DNA of 17,715 nt from Octopus sinensis (taxonomy: Eukaryota). Numbering within the stretch: position 1 is the first letter of the stretch; the number at the start of each line of letters is the position of its first letter. Below the pieces are notes generated by a model. That model was not told the origin of the DNA and did no database searches. It saw only the letters and a program-made list of their open reading frames with translations. Where the stretch lies: NCBI RefSeq assembly GCF_006345805.1, contig NW_021824789.1:1-17715 (forward strand). Reading direction: 5' to 3'. The position numbers were made by a program, and so were the translations under genes. This document shows positions 8,389-17,490 of the stretch, one piece after another.

Positions 8389-8771
8389 CTGTACCGTAGC
8401 TTCCCCCTCTCTCTCTCTCTTTCTTTCTATCGCTCTTTCCTCCACTCTCTCTCTCTCTCTCTCTCCCCTTTTTCTCTCTTACCAACCTACCGCCGTCAAA
8501 CTGTGTTTCCTTTGAACTCCTCCGCCAACCGCCACCTCGTGCCCTCATCCACATATTGTTCCCCATGTCAACACCGCCAGAATTCTCATCCCTCAACAAC
8601 AAACTCGACCCCTTTTTCTCACCCGCACCAAACCCCCAAATCTCTCACTCTCTCTCTCCCCCTCTCTCTCTCTCCCTTTCTCTCCTATTTCTGTCGCTCT
8701 CCCTTTTTTCCCTGTTATCCTTATCGTTACGACTGTCTTCTGTTGTGTTGTGGCATTGTTTCGCCATAAGG
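8389..8771 (-). CDS. Candidate upstream exon (R/E/D/G-rich) with one in-frame TGA at 8647-8645
   Basis: Acceptor ATATTTGTCAG| at 8772 and strong donor TACAG|GTATGT at 8388. This phase-1 donor joins the phase-1 acceptor at 8219 in frame (G+AT = Asp). One frame reads MAKQCHNTTEDSRNDKDNREKRE...GGERE*EIWGFGAGEKKGSSLLLRDENSGGVDMGNNMWMRARGGGW...GGSYGT. An alternative ATG lies at 8566. Confidence 0.3.
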
Positions 8772-8825
8772 CTGACAAATATACACACGTGCACGTATAT
8801 ACACACCTACACGCATTCATTATAT

Positions 8826-9290
8826 TCATACATACACGTATAGAGAGAGAGTGAGAGAGAGAGAGGGACGAGAGAAAAAGAGAGAAAGGATGGGAAGACG
8901 CACAGACATATAGCTACATATACACACACATATGTCTGCGTGTGTGAATATGTATACACATGCATAGATGTAAATGTATATATTATATATATATATACGA
9001 ATATACATCCATACATACATACATATATAAGGTAGTGCTCCAACATGACCGCCGCTGTATGGTTGAAACGAATAACAGAATACATCCAAGAATACATACA
9101 TACATACATACATACATACATACATGCATACATACATACATATACATACATACATACATACATACATACACACATACACATACATACATACATACATACA
9201 TACATACATACATACATACATACATACATACATACATACATACATGCATGCATGCATGCATGCATATATACACACATACAAACTGTGTAC
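8826..9290. repeat. Compound microsatellite ((GA)n, TA/CA, (TACA)n, (TGCA)n)
   Basis: Directly visible; (TACA)n at about 9090-9245. Confidence 0.95.
9031..9082 (+). mobile_element. Degenerate SINE/RTE-type tail fragment embedded in microsatellite
   Basis: GGTAGTGCTCCAACATGACCGCCGCTGTATGGTTGAAAC aligns with the GGCGGTGCCCCAGCATGGCCACAGC...CTGAAAC tail at 1517-1556. Confidence 0.5.
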
Positions 9291-9361
9291 AGTTGTAAAA
9301 ATCAGCTACCCAGCTAAAGATCAGAGAAAAATAGAATACTTTCGCTGAATTATTGAGAAAT

Positions 9362-9526
9362 TTGATTTATTTAATTTTATTTTTATTTCATCTAGTTTCA
9401 GCTCATGAGCTGTGGCCATGCTGGGGCACCGTCATTTAAAAAGTAGCAGTCCCCATCCCTGGTGGGATTCGAACACACGACCTCTGGATTAGAAGTCCAG
9501 CGTGCTATCACCCGCGCTACAGGAAC
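9362..9526 (-). mobile_element. Chimeric short retroposon-like unit: tRNA-Arg head, 11-nt trailer, T5, LINE-type tail, A-rich end
   Basis: Minus strand: tRNA (9526-9454), GGGACTGCTAC, TTTTT (9442-9438), then GACGGTGCCCCAGCATGGCCACAGCTCATGAGCTGAAACTAGA (9433-9391) and TGAAATAAAAATAAAATTAAATAAATC. Confidence 0.65.
9454..9526 (-). tRNA. tRNA-Arg (TCT), probably a pseudogene or SINE head
   Basis: 73 nt: GTTCCTGTAGCGCGGGTGATAGCACGCTGGACTTCTAATCCAGAGGTCGTGTGTTCGAATCCCACCAGGGATG. The 7-bp acceptor stem pairs, the anticodon arm CTGGA-CT-TCT-AA-TCCAG is perfect, and the T-loop is TTCGAAT. Defects: C11-A24 mismatch, no A14 or GG in the D-loop, and a T-C mismatch in the T-stem. Confidence 0.85.
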
Positions 9527-9810
9527 TTGCAGTTACTCTATCCAGAGTACAAGTTCAGGTTTATACCTGTAATTTTTGGGGCACAGGGATATGTAACACA
9601 CTGCCTAAATACCAATCTTGAGAAATTAGGTTTCTCAAAACCAGAAAGGAGAAAGCTAATTCGAAGACTACAGATTCAATCCGTCACTGGAAATGTTAAA
9701 ATCTGTAAAACTTTCCAGAAGTTTATCATTTAAATATATATAAGAGCATGTCTAGATATGCAAATATATGCATGAGAATATATGCATAAAGTAAAACATA
9801 CAAATCTGCA
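9527..9810 (+). mobile_element. R4/Dong-type LINE (family A) 3' fragment, second copy
   Basis: ORF 9527..9733 LQLLYPEYKFRFIPVIFGAQGYVTHCLNTNLEKLGFSKPERRKLIRRLQIQSVTGNVKICKTFQKFII*. ORF end and start of 3' UTR align with 6433-6690; truncated by (TACA)n. Confidence 0.9.
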
Positions 9811-10313
9811 CATATACATTCATACATACATACATACATACATACATACATGCATACATACATACATACATAAATACTTACATACATACATACATACATA
9901 CATTCATACATACATACATACATTCATACATACACATATATATACATACATATATGCATACATACATACATACATACATACATACATACATACACACATA
10001 CACACATACATACATACATACATACATACACACATACACACATACATACATACATACATACATACATACACACATACATACATGCATACATACATACTTA
10101 CATACATACATACATACATGCATACATACATACTTACATACATACATACATACATTCATACATACATACATACATTCATACATACACATATATATACATA
10201 CATATATGCATACATACATACATACATACATACATACATACATACATACATACATACACACATACATACATACATACATACATACATACATACATACATA
10301 CATACATACATAC
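9811..10313. repeat. (TACA)n microsatellite, ~500 bp, with an internal higher-order duplication
   Basis: Directly visible; a variant block recurs at about 9901 and 10153. Confidence 0.95.
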
Positions 10314-11720
10314 AAAATTGATGCAGAAACCTTCGCTATGGCATTAGGCAAACTGTAGAATGGGAAGGCAACTGGAAGGGACCTAATAATTGGATATTGA
10401 TACAAAGAAGCTGAAATTTTATAGAAACCAACTGATATATATGTTCAAAAGGACTATGGCAGGTCAGACTGACATACCACACTGGCTTGCTACAGCATGG
10501 ACAAATTTTGTTGCCAAAAATGAAATCACCGAGATGGCAGGAAACTACAGGCCCATTGCTTCTCTAAACATTATGTACAAACTGTACACAAGTTACCTCA
10601 ACCAATTCCTCCAGGACCATTGTGACTGATGAACAGGCTGGTGGAAAGAAGAGAGTGTGGGGATGTGCCGAACAACTTTTAATAAACAAAGCTGTTTTGT
10701 CTCAAGTAAGAAAACAACGTACAAACCTTGTGACAGTATGGCTTGACTGTAAGAAGGCATGCGTCTCTATCCTTCATCCAAGGCTGTTGAAGTGCCTACA
10801 TCTGGCAAATGTGCCTACAACCTTAATTACTGCTATAGAGAGACTGACAAAGACAAGGACAAATATTCTTGCTCTTACAACTGAGAACAGAATAACTGTT
10901 TCTGATAGTATAGGCATTTCAAAGGGAATATTCCAGGGAGATAGTTTTTCTGTACTTCTTTTCATTTTGGCACTGAATCCATTATCGTTCCTAATACAGA
11001 AAACAAATGGTTACATGCTAAGATCTTCAAGTGCTATAAATATCAATGTAACTCATAATTTCTTTGTAGACGACCCGGAGATTTCTGCTAAAAGTGTTAA
11101 CAATGCCAAAAACAACTGGAATTAATAAGAACAGTTTCAACTGATACAGGCATGGAATTTGGCCGAAAGAAATGTTTATATTTGGTTATAGAACGAGGTA
11201 AGTCCGTCCCCAAACCCAAAACCTGTGCATCAACCGCCTCTCTATCTCCCCCATTCCATACAAAGAATGCTACAAGTACCTAAGCACAGACGAGAATGTA
11301 TCATATGAAGGCGCTGAATAAAGATAGAGTGACTCGAGATTATTGCACCAGACTTAGGAAAATATGGCAGTCGGAACTCTCCTCTTACAACAAAACAATA
11401 TCCCACAATGCATTTGCAGTAACAGTGCTGAACTCAACATTTGGGGTACTTGATTGGTCTGTAGAGGAAATCCACTCCATAGATATCAAAACCCGCAAAA
11501 TCCTGACAACAACTGGGAACTTCCGCAGAAACAGTGATGTTGACTGGCTCTATTTAAGAAGAAATGAAGGTGGTAGAGGCCCGAGATCAGTGCTGAGGGC
11601 CTTCGAATGCCGCATGGTATCACTCAGGCAGCACCTGCTAAACAACAGCAGCAGCAAAAATAAATATATAAATGCAGTGCTGAAAAGTGAAGTGGACAAC
11701 ATTGTACGAGTTGGCAGTGA
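10314..11720 (+). pseudogene. Decayed reverse transcriptase region of an R4/Dong-type LINE (family A)
   Basis: Frameshifted ORFs 10390..10629, 10622..11125 and 11296..11778 carry NYRPIASLNIMYKLYT, EQAGGKK...GCAEQLLIN, VWLDCKKA, GIFQGDSFSVLLFILALNPL, HNFFVDD and DVDWLYLRRNEGGRG. These are non-LTR RT motifs of R4/Dong type. Truncated at both ends. Confidence 0.92.
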
Positions 11721-13737
11721 AAGTCCTGGAGTATTTGGGATAAGACAGTCAATCATAATGGAGATGCAGTATGGTTGAAGAAAGTAAAGGAAGAAGTAGT
11801 GAGTGAGAAGCAGCCAGATCTAAGATTAACTACTGCATTAATGAGTAAAGTGTTAAGAAAAATGCTGAATTGGAAGGGTCCAAAACCAGATTTAGTTCAA
11901 GGGTACTGGCTAAAGAAATTCAGTAGTTTACATGGGAGACTGAGGGAACAACTTCAGGATTGTCTTAATGGAGGAATAATACCAGATTGGATGAATAGAG
12001 GGATGACAATACTCATTATGAGGATAAGTGCAAGGGTAACACAGCTAGTAACTATAGACCAATTACTTGCTTACCATTGGTGTGGAAGCTGTTGACAGGA
12101 ATGCTTTCAGGAAGCATTTACAAACACCTTGACAACCAGAATTTACTACCAGAGAAACAGGAAGAAGGCTAGAAGAACGTATGATCTATTGTGTATAGAC
12201 AAAGCAGTTCTAAAGGAAGTAAAAGCTAGAAAGAAAAATCTAACAATAGCATGGATGGATTATAGGAAAGCCTATGACATGATCCCACACTCATGGATAA
12301 ATGAATGTTTGAGTATATTCAGTATAGGAGGCAGCATAAAAAAATTAATCAACTGTAGCATGAAGAAATGGGAAGTAGATGACTACTCAGGTGACACACT
12401 CTTAGGGAAAGTTAATATCAAAAGAGGAATTTTCCAGGGGGTCTCGCTGTCTTCTTTAATATTTATCATATGTTCTATACTCCTCAGTTTAGTATTAAGG
12501 AAGGCAAAGGCAGGGTATCAGTTCTGAAATAGTAAGGGAACAATTAAACACTTGATCTACATGAATGATCTGAAGTTTTTTAGTAAGAATGAAAAAGAGA
12601 CAGATTCCTTAATACAGACTGTAAGACTCTTCAGCAAAGATATAGAATGGAATTTGGCATAAATAAGTGTGCAATATTAATCCTAAGAGAGGAGCAAGTA
12701 GTCAACAGCGAAGGCATCCAATTACCAGATGACCAGACATTACAATCATTGAAATATCAGTAGAAGACTGCATGGAGTTAGCTAGAGTAGATATAGACTC
12801 CTATGTAGGTAATGGTGAAGGAAGTTTATTAAAAGCTGCTAGAGTCACAGTAAGACATAGGGAAACCAAAAACCCAAATGAACTTAAAAATCATAAAAAA
12901 GAACAGAAATTATCTGACTGGCAGGAGAAGGCGTTGCATGGTAGATTCCCAAAGATAGTTGCAGCAAATAGTAGTAGGGAGACATGGTTATGGTTGCAGA
13001 AAGGAAAGCTGAAGTGGGACATAGAAAGATTGTTTGTAGCTGAACATGATCAAGCATTAAGGACTAATTGGATAAAAGCGAAGATAGACAAAAATCAAGC
13101 AGATTCCTAATGTAAATTATGTAAATCAAACGAGGAAAGTGTTACTGATATAGTAAGTGAATGTAGCATGCTAGCACAGAAAGAATACAAGAAATGACAT
13201 GACAATTTAGGGAGAGCAAGCCACTGAGAGTTATGTAGAAAGCTAGGATTTTAATATACTGATAAATAGTATGAATATGAACCTAGTGAAGTACTAGAAA
13301 GTAAGAAATACAAAATGTTGTGAGACTTTAACATTCAGACTGGCGGAGTAATAGAAGTAGTAATTTAGTAGTATTGGATAAAGAGAATAAAGTGCCAAAT
13401 AATTGACTTTACAGTCCCAAATGAAGAAAAGATGAAAATGAGAAGTACAGAAAAAAATAGCAAACTACCAGAACCTAGCTATTGAATTACTGAGACTATG
13501 GAAATGCGGGTAAAATGTATCCCAGTAGTTATAGGAGCATTGGGAACTATCCCTAAAGATCTGAACAGATGGATAGAAGAAATAGGCATAAAACCCAGTT
13601 TAGTACAGCTCCAAAAAACAGTGTTTTTAGGAAGAGCCAGGATACTTAGGAGAGTTCTTGGCATCTAAGGTTACTTGTTGTAACCCGATGTTAGGATTCT
13701 TTTTTTTTCCAACAGTCTAATCTGTTGAGTGAATATG
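11721..13737 (+). mobile_element. 5'-truncated, internally deleted R4/Dong-type LINE (family B): RT, CCHC finger, restriction-like endonuclease, 3' UTR
   Basis: Reads WSIWDKTVNHNGDAVWLKK, GPKPDLVQGYWLKK, NYRPITCL, AWMDYRKAYDMIPHSW, KRGIFQGVSLS, HLIYMNDLK. After a deletion at about 12752 it continues ISVEDC...WQEKALHGRF...DQALRTN, CKLCKSNEESVTDIVSEC, IIDFTVP, IPVVIGALGTIPK...LQKTVFLGRARILRRVLGI* (stop 13666-13668). Many stops and frameshifts; ends in (TAA)n. Confidence 0.95.
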
Positions 13738-13764
13738 AAAATAATGATGATAATAATAATAATG

Positions 13765-13826
<62 letters not shown>
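13738..13826. repeat. (TAA)n microsatellite at the LINE 3' end
   Basis: Directly visible. Confidence 0.95.
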
Positions 13827-13829
<3 letters not shown>

Positions 13830-13859
13830 TCAAGGTTTAAAACAAACATTTTTTTCTCT

Positions 13860-14009
13860 TCTTAGACATCCACCATTACAACACAAAAAACAACCAAATA
13901 TATGGCACACTAGGCATAACAACAACGTAAACTTCCAACCTGTTGTCACTTGAGGTCTCCGGGTGAGACTTGGAGCCAACTTGTACAAAATATAAAGCAA
14001 AAGTCAAAC

Positions 14010-14010
<1 letters not shown>
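13860..14010 (+). mobile_element. Probable 3'-UTR-only fragment of another (TAA)n-tailed R4/Dong family
   Basis: Non-coding stretch between two (TAA)n arrays, ending ...GAGGTCTCCGGGTGAGACTTGGAGCCAACTTGTACAAAATATAAAGCAAAAGTCAAACATA then (TAA)n. The family assignment is inferred from position and recalled similarity. Confidence 0.4.
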
Positions 14011-14083
<73 letters not shown>

Positions 14084-14100
14084 TAATAATAATAATAATA
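14011..14100. repeat. (TAA)n microsatellite
   Basis: Directly visible. Confidence 0.95.
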
Positions 14101-14601
14101 AAATCACAGATTGGCAGAGTCAAAGACTGGCAAAATCCCCTGGTATATCTCTATCCAAATAGAACAGGTGCTAGAGCATAAGAGACCAGACCTGGTGCTG
14201 GTCGAAGATGCACTACATGTGCTATATAGTTGATGATATTGTCTGCGACTTTGACTCATGAATAGTGAAAAAAGAAAAAAGCGAAAAAATAAGGCAAATA
14301 AAACCCTCTTAAGTACGAAATAGCCCAGCTATGAAAAATGAAAAATGTGAAGATAATTATTGTTGGGTCCTTGGGAACCGTATCAGAAGGCATCAAGGGG
14401 AATATCAAGGAAATTGGAATAGAGTGCCCAGTAGAACTGTTACAAAAGGTTTGCCTTCTTGGCACGGCCAGAATAATCAGGAAAGTATTAGAGAGCTGAA
14501 AAGAACGGATAGCATGGTACCGTACGCTGCAGGTAGTAAACCCACTATGCATGGAAGACTCCAGGAGTTCCAACAAAACCTGAGTTACAAAGAAATAATA
14601 A
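14101..14601 (+). mobile_element. R4/Dong-type LINE (family C) 3' fragment: endonuclease region plus 3' UTR
   Basis: Frameshifted KIPWYISIQIEQVLEHKRPDLVLVE...KYEIAQL*KMKNVKIIIVGSLGTVSEGIKGNIKEIGIECPVELLQKVCLLGTARIIRKVLES* (stop 14497-14499), including the RPD motif of the PD-(D/E)xK endonuclease. The 3' UTR ends in AATAATAA. Confidence 0.85.
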
Positions 14602-14800
14602 CGGGTTGCGGATCCGTGGAACAAGCTGCCAGACGAGATGGTGAAGATGCCGACGACCGCTTTGTTCAAAGCCTCCCTGGACCTCAAGTGGCCTGAACTC
14701 TTTACATGAACACCACCCTGTACTTAACTCCATGTCCCCCTACATGGCCTTGCTATTTGCTTTTGAGCCAATTAACTAACTAACTAACTAACTAACTAAT
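14602..14800 (+). mobile_element. CR1-clade LINE 3' end
   Basis: RVADPWNKLPDEMVKMPTTALFKASLDLKWPELFT* (stop 14707-14709) matches the CR1/L2 ORF2 C-terminal RV..WN.LP..V.......FK..LD pattern. The 3' UTR has hairpin CCATGT-CCCCCT-ACATGG and an (ACTA)n tail. Confidence 0.85.
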
Positions 14801-14894
14801 TATAATTGATGTGTCTCAGGTTCGTTCCTATTCTTGGTAGAAATTATGTGGGTAGCGGGTTTACTATCTGTAACCTTAGGTACTCACAACAATA

Positions 14895-15040
14895 ACATCG
14901 AAAAATACCTTAGGAAGGAGAACCCAGGTTCGACATTTCCCCAAGACACCTGATGAAGGCTGAAGAGTATATCAGCCGAAACGTTGTGTTAACAACGAAC
15001 AAGATGGGGACAAATATCTGTCAAATGTAAATTATGTAAA
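14895..15040 (+). mobile_element. Penelope-like element terminal-repeat (pLTR) fragment
   Basis: Short repeat-like segment containing CCTGATGAAGGC...GCCGAAACGTTG, the minimal-hammerhead signature associated with Penelope-like elements, ending in an AAATGTAAATTATGTA tail. No GIY-YIG or RT ORF is present, so the class is inferred. Confidence 0.6.
14945..14990 (+). ncRNA. Minimal type I hammerhead ribozyme
   Basis: Stem I GACAC (14945-49) / GTGTT (14986-90); core CTGATGA 14950-56; extra A; stem II GGCTGA/TCAGCC with 8-nt loop; GAA 14978-80; palindromic ACGT 14981-84 as stem III; predicted cleavage after T14985 (GUU triplet). Confidence 0.75.
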
Positions 15041-15061
15041 TAATATACATAGATATGCCAG

Positions 15062-15169
15062 GTGTTGTCCATCAATGGTACCCGTATTGGATGGGATACA
15101 TCAGAAACGGCTGATCTCATAATGAGGGGCAGGGCATTAGGCGACATAGAATCCACCTTCATCAGACCA
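15062..15169 (+). other. PDZ-domain-like coding segment (exon or pseudo-exon)
   Basis: After TGCCAG| it reads VLSINGTRIGWDTSETADLIMRGRALGDIESTFIRP. This fits the PDZ betaD-alphaB-betaF spacing (ILxVNGxxVxxxTHEEAVxLLR...TxxxRP). QVLxING..GW...RP also recalls syntenin PDZ1. Weak pyrimidine tract and weak donor (CCA|GTGTGC). By-eye alignment only. Confidence 0.4.
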
Positions 15170-15206
15170 GTGTGCTTATTTCATATATTTCGTATATTAC
15201 ATAATT

Positions 15207-15591
15207 GTGGAGGCGCAATGGCCCAGTGGTTAGGGCAGCGGACTCGCGGTCATAGGATCGCGGTTTCGATTCCCAGACCGGGCGTTGTGAGTGTTTATTG
15301 AGCGAAAACACCTAAAAGCTCCACGAGGCTCCGGCAGGGGATGGTGGTGATCCCTGCTGTACTCTTTCACCACAACTTTCTCTCACGCTTACTTCCTGTT
15401 TCTGTTGTACCTGTATTTCAAAGGGCCGGCCTTGTCACTCTCTGTGTCACACTGAATATCCCAGAGACTACGTAAGGGTTCCGTGTCGTGGAGTGCTCAG
15501 CCACTTACACGTTAATTTCACGAGCAGGCTGTTCCGTTGATTCGGATCAACCGGAACCCTCGTCGTCGTAACCGACGGATTGCTTCCATAC
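15207..15591 (+). mobile_element. Full-length tRNA(Arg)-derived octopus-type SINE (~385 bp) with 13-bp TSD
   Basis: Head GGAGGCGCAATGGCCCAGTGGTTAGGGCAGCGGACTCGCGG... with A-box TGGCCCAGTGG and B-box GGTTTCGATTCC. Perfect TSD ATATTACATAATT at 15194-15206 and 15592-15604. Confidence 0.92.
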
Positions 15592-16029
15592 ATATTACAT
15601 AATTAATTCATGCGTGACACCAGCAAACGTTGCCTACCTCTTGTATAATTATTCAGGAGAGCTATTTGGTATCTGCAGGTTCCAATGAGTGTTGTCTCTA
15701 ACGAGGGATACCAGCGAGGAGACATCTATATGGTCAATGGACGTGCTACAAAACATCGACGAAATTACTTTTAAATTAGACGGAAAGTTACAAAGAAAAT
15801 GAAAGGATATATAGTTGTTAGATAATATAGTCGTAGGTTCACTTTGATTGATAAAAAATGCGGGGAGCATCACGGCTGGAATCCCTTTGATCTTAGAAAT
15901 GACTGATCAGGGCTCACTTGGGGTCCACGTCACAATAACAGCTGGCTGACAACTTTCTATATTTGTGTCTAATGAAAGATGAATGGATTTTTTCCTGCAA
16001 TATTCCTATGCACGCCCACTGAAGTGTAT

Positions 16030-16404
16030 GTACGTGTGGTATATATGTATATATACGTATATATACATATACATACATATATATATATATATAGGGTATA
16101 TATATATATATATATATAATAGACATATATATATATATACACATATATATGTATATATATATATACATATATAATATATATACATATATATATGTATATA
16201 TATGTAATCATGCATATATACATGCTTAAACACTCACGTACATATGTACATATAGCTGCATGTGTCTATATATTTCTCTCTCCTTCTCTCTCTCTCTCTC
16301 TACATATATACATGTGCGTCTGTGCGCATGTGTAAGTATGTATGTATACATAAATACATATATGTATATATATGTGTATACATATATATGTATATATATA
16401 TATA

Positions 16405-16454
<50 letters not shown>

Positions 16455-16546
16455 CATATATATACATATATACACACATACATGCATACATACATAGTGG
16501 CATCACTCGTTAATATATTCATACTTTATATATAATAAACATTTGC

Positions 16547-16596
<50 letters not shown>

Positions 16597-16645
16597 ATAT
16601 GTGTGTGTGTGTGTATATATATATATGTATGTATGTATGTATATC
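16030..16645. repeat. Compound TA/TG/CT microsatellite
   Basis: Directly visible; source of many spurious ORFs. Confidence 0.95.
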
Positions 16646-17159
16646 AGTAATTTGTTGAACTGTAACTAAATATTCAACTACTAAACACTAAACACTAAAC
16701 AGGCTCAGCAAACAAAAAAGAAAAAAGAAAAACTCACACATGAAGAAATAAATATATATAAAATAAATACAAAATAACAACAACAATAACAACAACATAA
16801 ATAAATAAATAAATAAATACGCAGACAAACAAACAAGCACTCGTACGAGCAACAAACAAAAAAATATTAAAAAAAAAAAAAGAAAAAAGAAAGAAAAAAA
16901 GAAACGAAAAAGGACACAAAAAACCACAACAGTCAATCTGGTAACACTGCGATTGATAAAGAAGATGGCGATGGACTGTTGCTGGTGTGGGTTTTTTTTC
17001 CTTCTTTTTTCTTTCTTTGTTAACCCAGTTTTTTACAATGTTTAAAAACGAAAAAGAAAAACAAACAATCAAATGATTTATAAATAAATAAATAAAAACG
17101 GCATGGCGGATCGTAAAGCGCGTAGGGTGGTTGGCCGCACGGTTAACTAAAAGGCTTGT

Positions 17160-17403
17160 TATAAATATATATACATAGATATATAATATAAATATACAAA
17201 TATATATATATATATATGTATGTATATTTATATATACGCGTAAATATATACAAAAAGTTGATATATATGTAAAGTTATATACAAACACACACAACTATAT
17301 ATAAAGTTATATATATAATATATATATAAAGTTATATATTATAGATGTAAAGTTATATTCAAACACTCATACCTATATATAAAGTTATATATATATATAA
17401 AGT

Positions 17404-17465
<62 letters not shown>

Positions 17466-17490
17466 TATATGTATATATATATTTATGCAT
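17160..17490. repeat. TA-rich microsatellite with AAAGTTATAT sub-repeats and a ~78-bp tandem duplication
   Basis: TGTAAAGTTATAT.CAAACAC.CA.A.CTATATATAAAGTTATAT occurs at about 17268 and 17346. Confidence 0.85.

Noticed and set aside
9454-9526. Functional tRNA-Arg gene
   Set aside because: Loss of A14 and the D-loop GG, plus mismatches in the D- and T-stems, argue for a pseudogene or retroposed copy.
14331-14696. 121-aa + ORF
   Set aside because: Out-of-frame read-through across the Dong family C end, its UTR and the CR1 fragment; the homologous frames are different ones.
15135-15165. Minus-strand CTGATGA-A-GGTGG(ATTCTATG)TCGCC resembling a second hammerhead
   Set aside because: Followed by TAAT instead of GAAA, with no stem III or stem I; only half the core is present.
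214-16535. Numerous Y/I/H/T/M/V/C-rich ORFs in the track (e.g. 214..414, 6820..7294, 8807..9348, 9782..10405, 15914..16535)
   Set aside because: They are translations of TA, CA and TACA microsatellites, which lack stops in several frames; no coding signal.
16688-17294. Phe/Leu-rich minus ORFs (82 and 186 aa) resembling membrane proteins
   Set aside because: Derived from poly-A/T and AAAT/AAC low-complexity runs; more like UTR or intron sequence.
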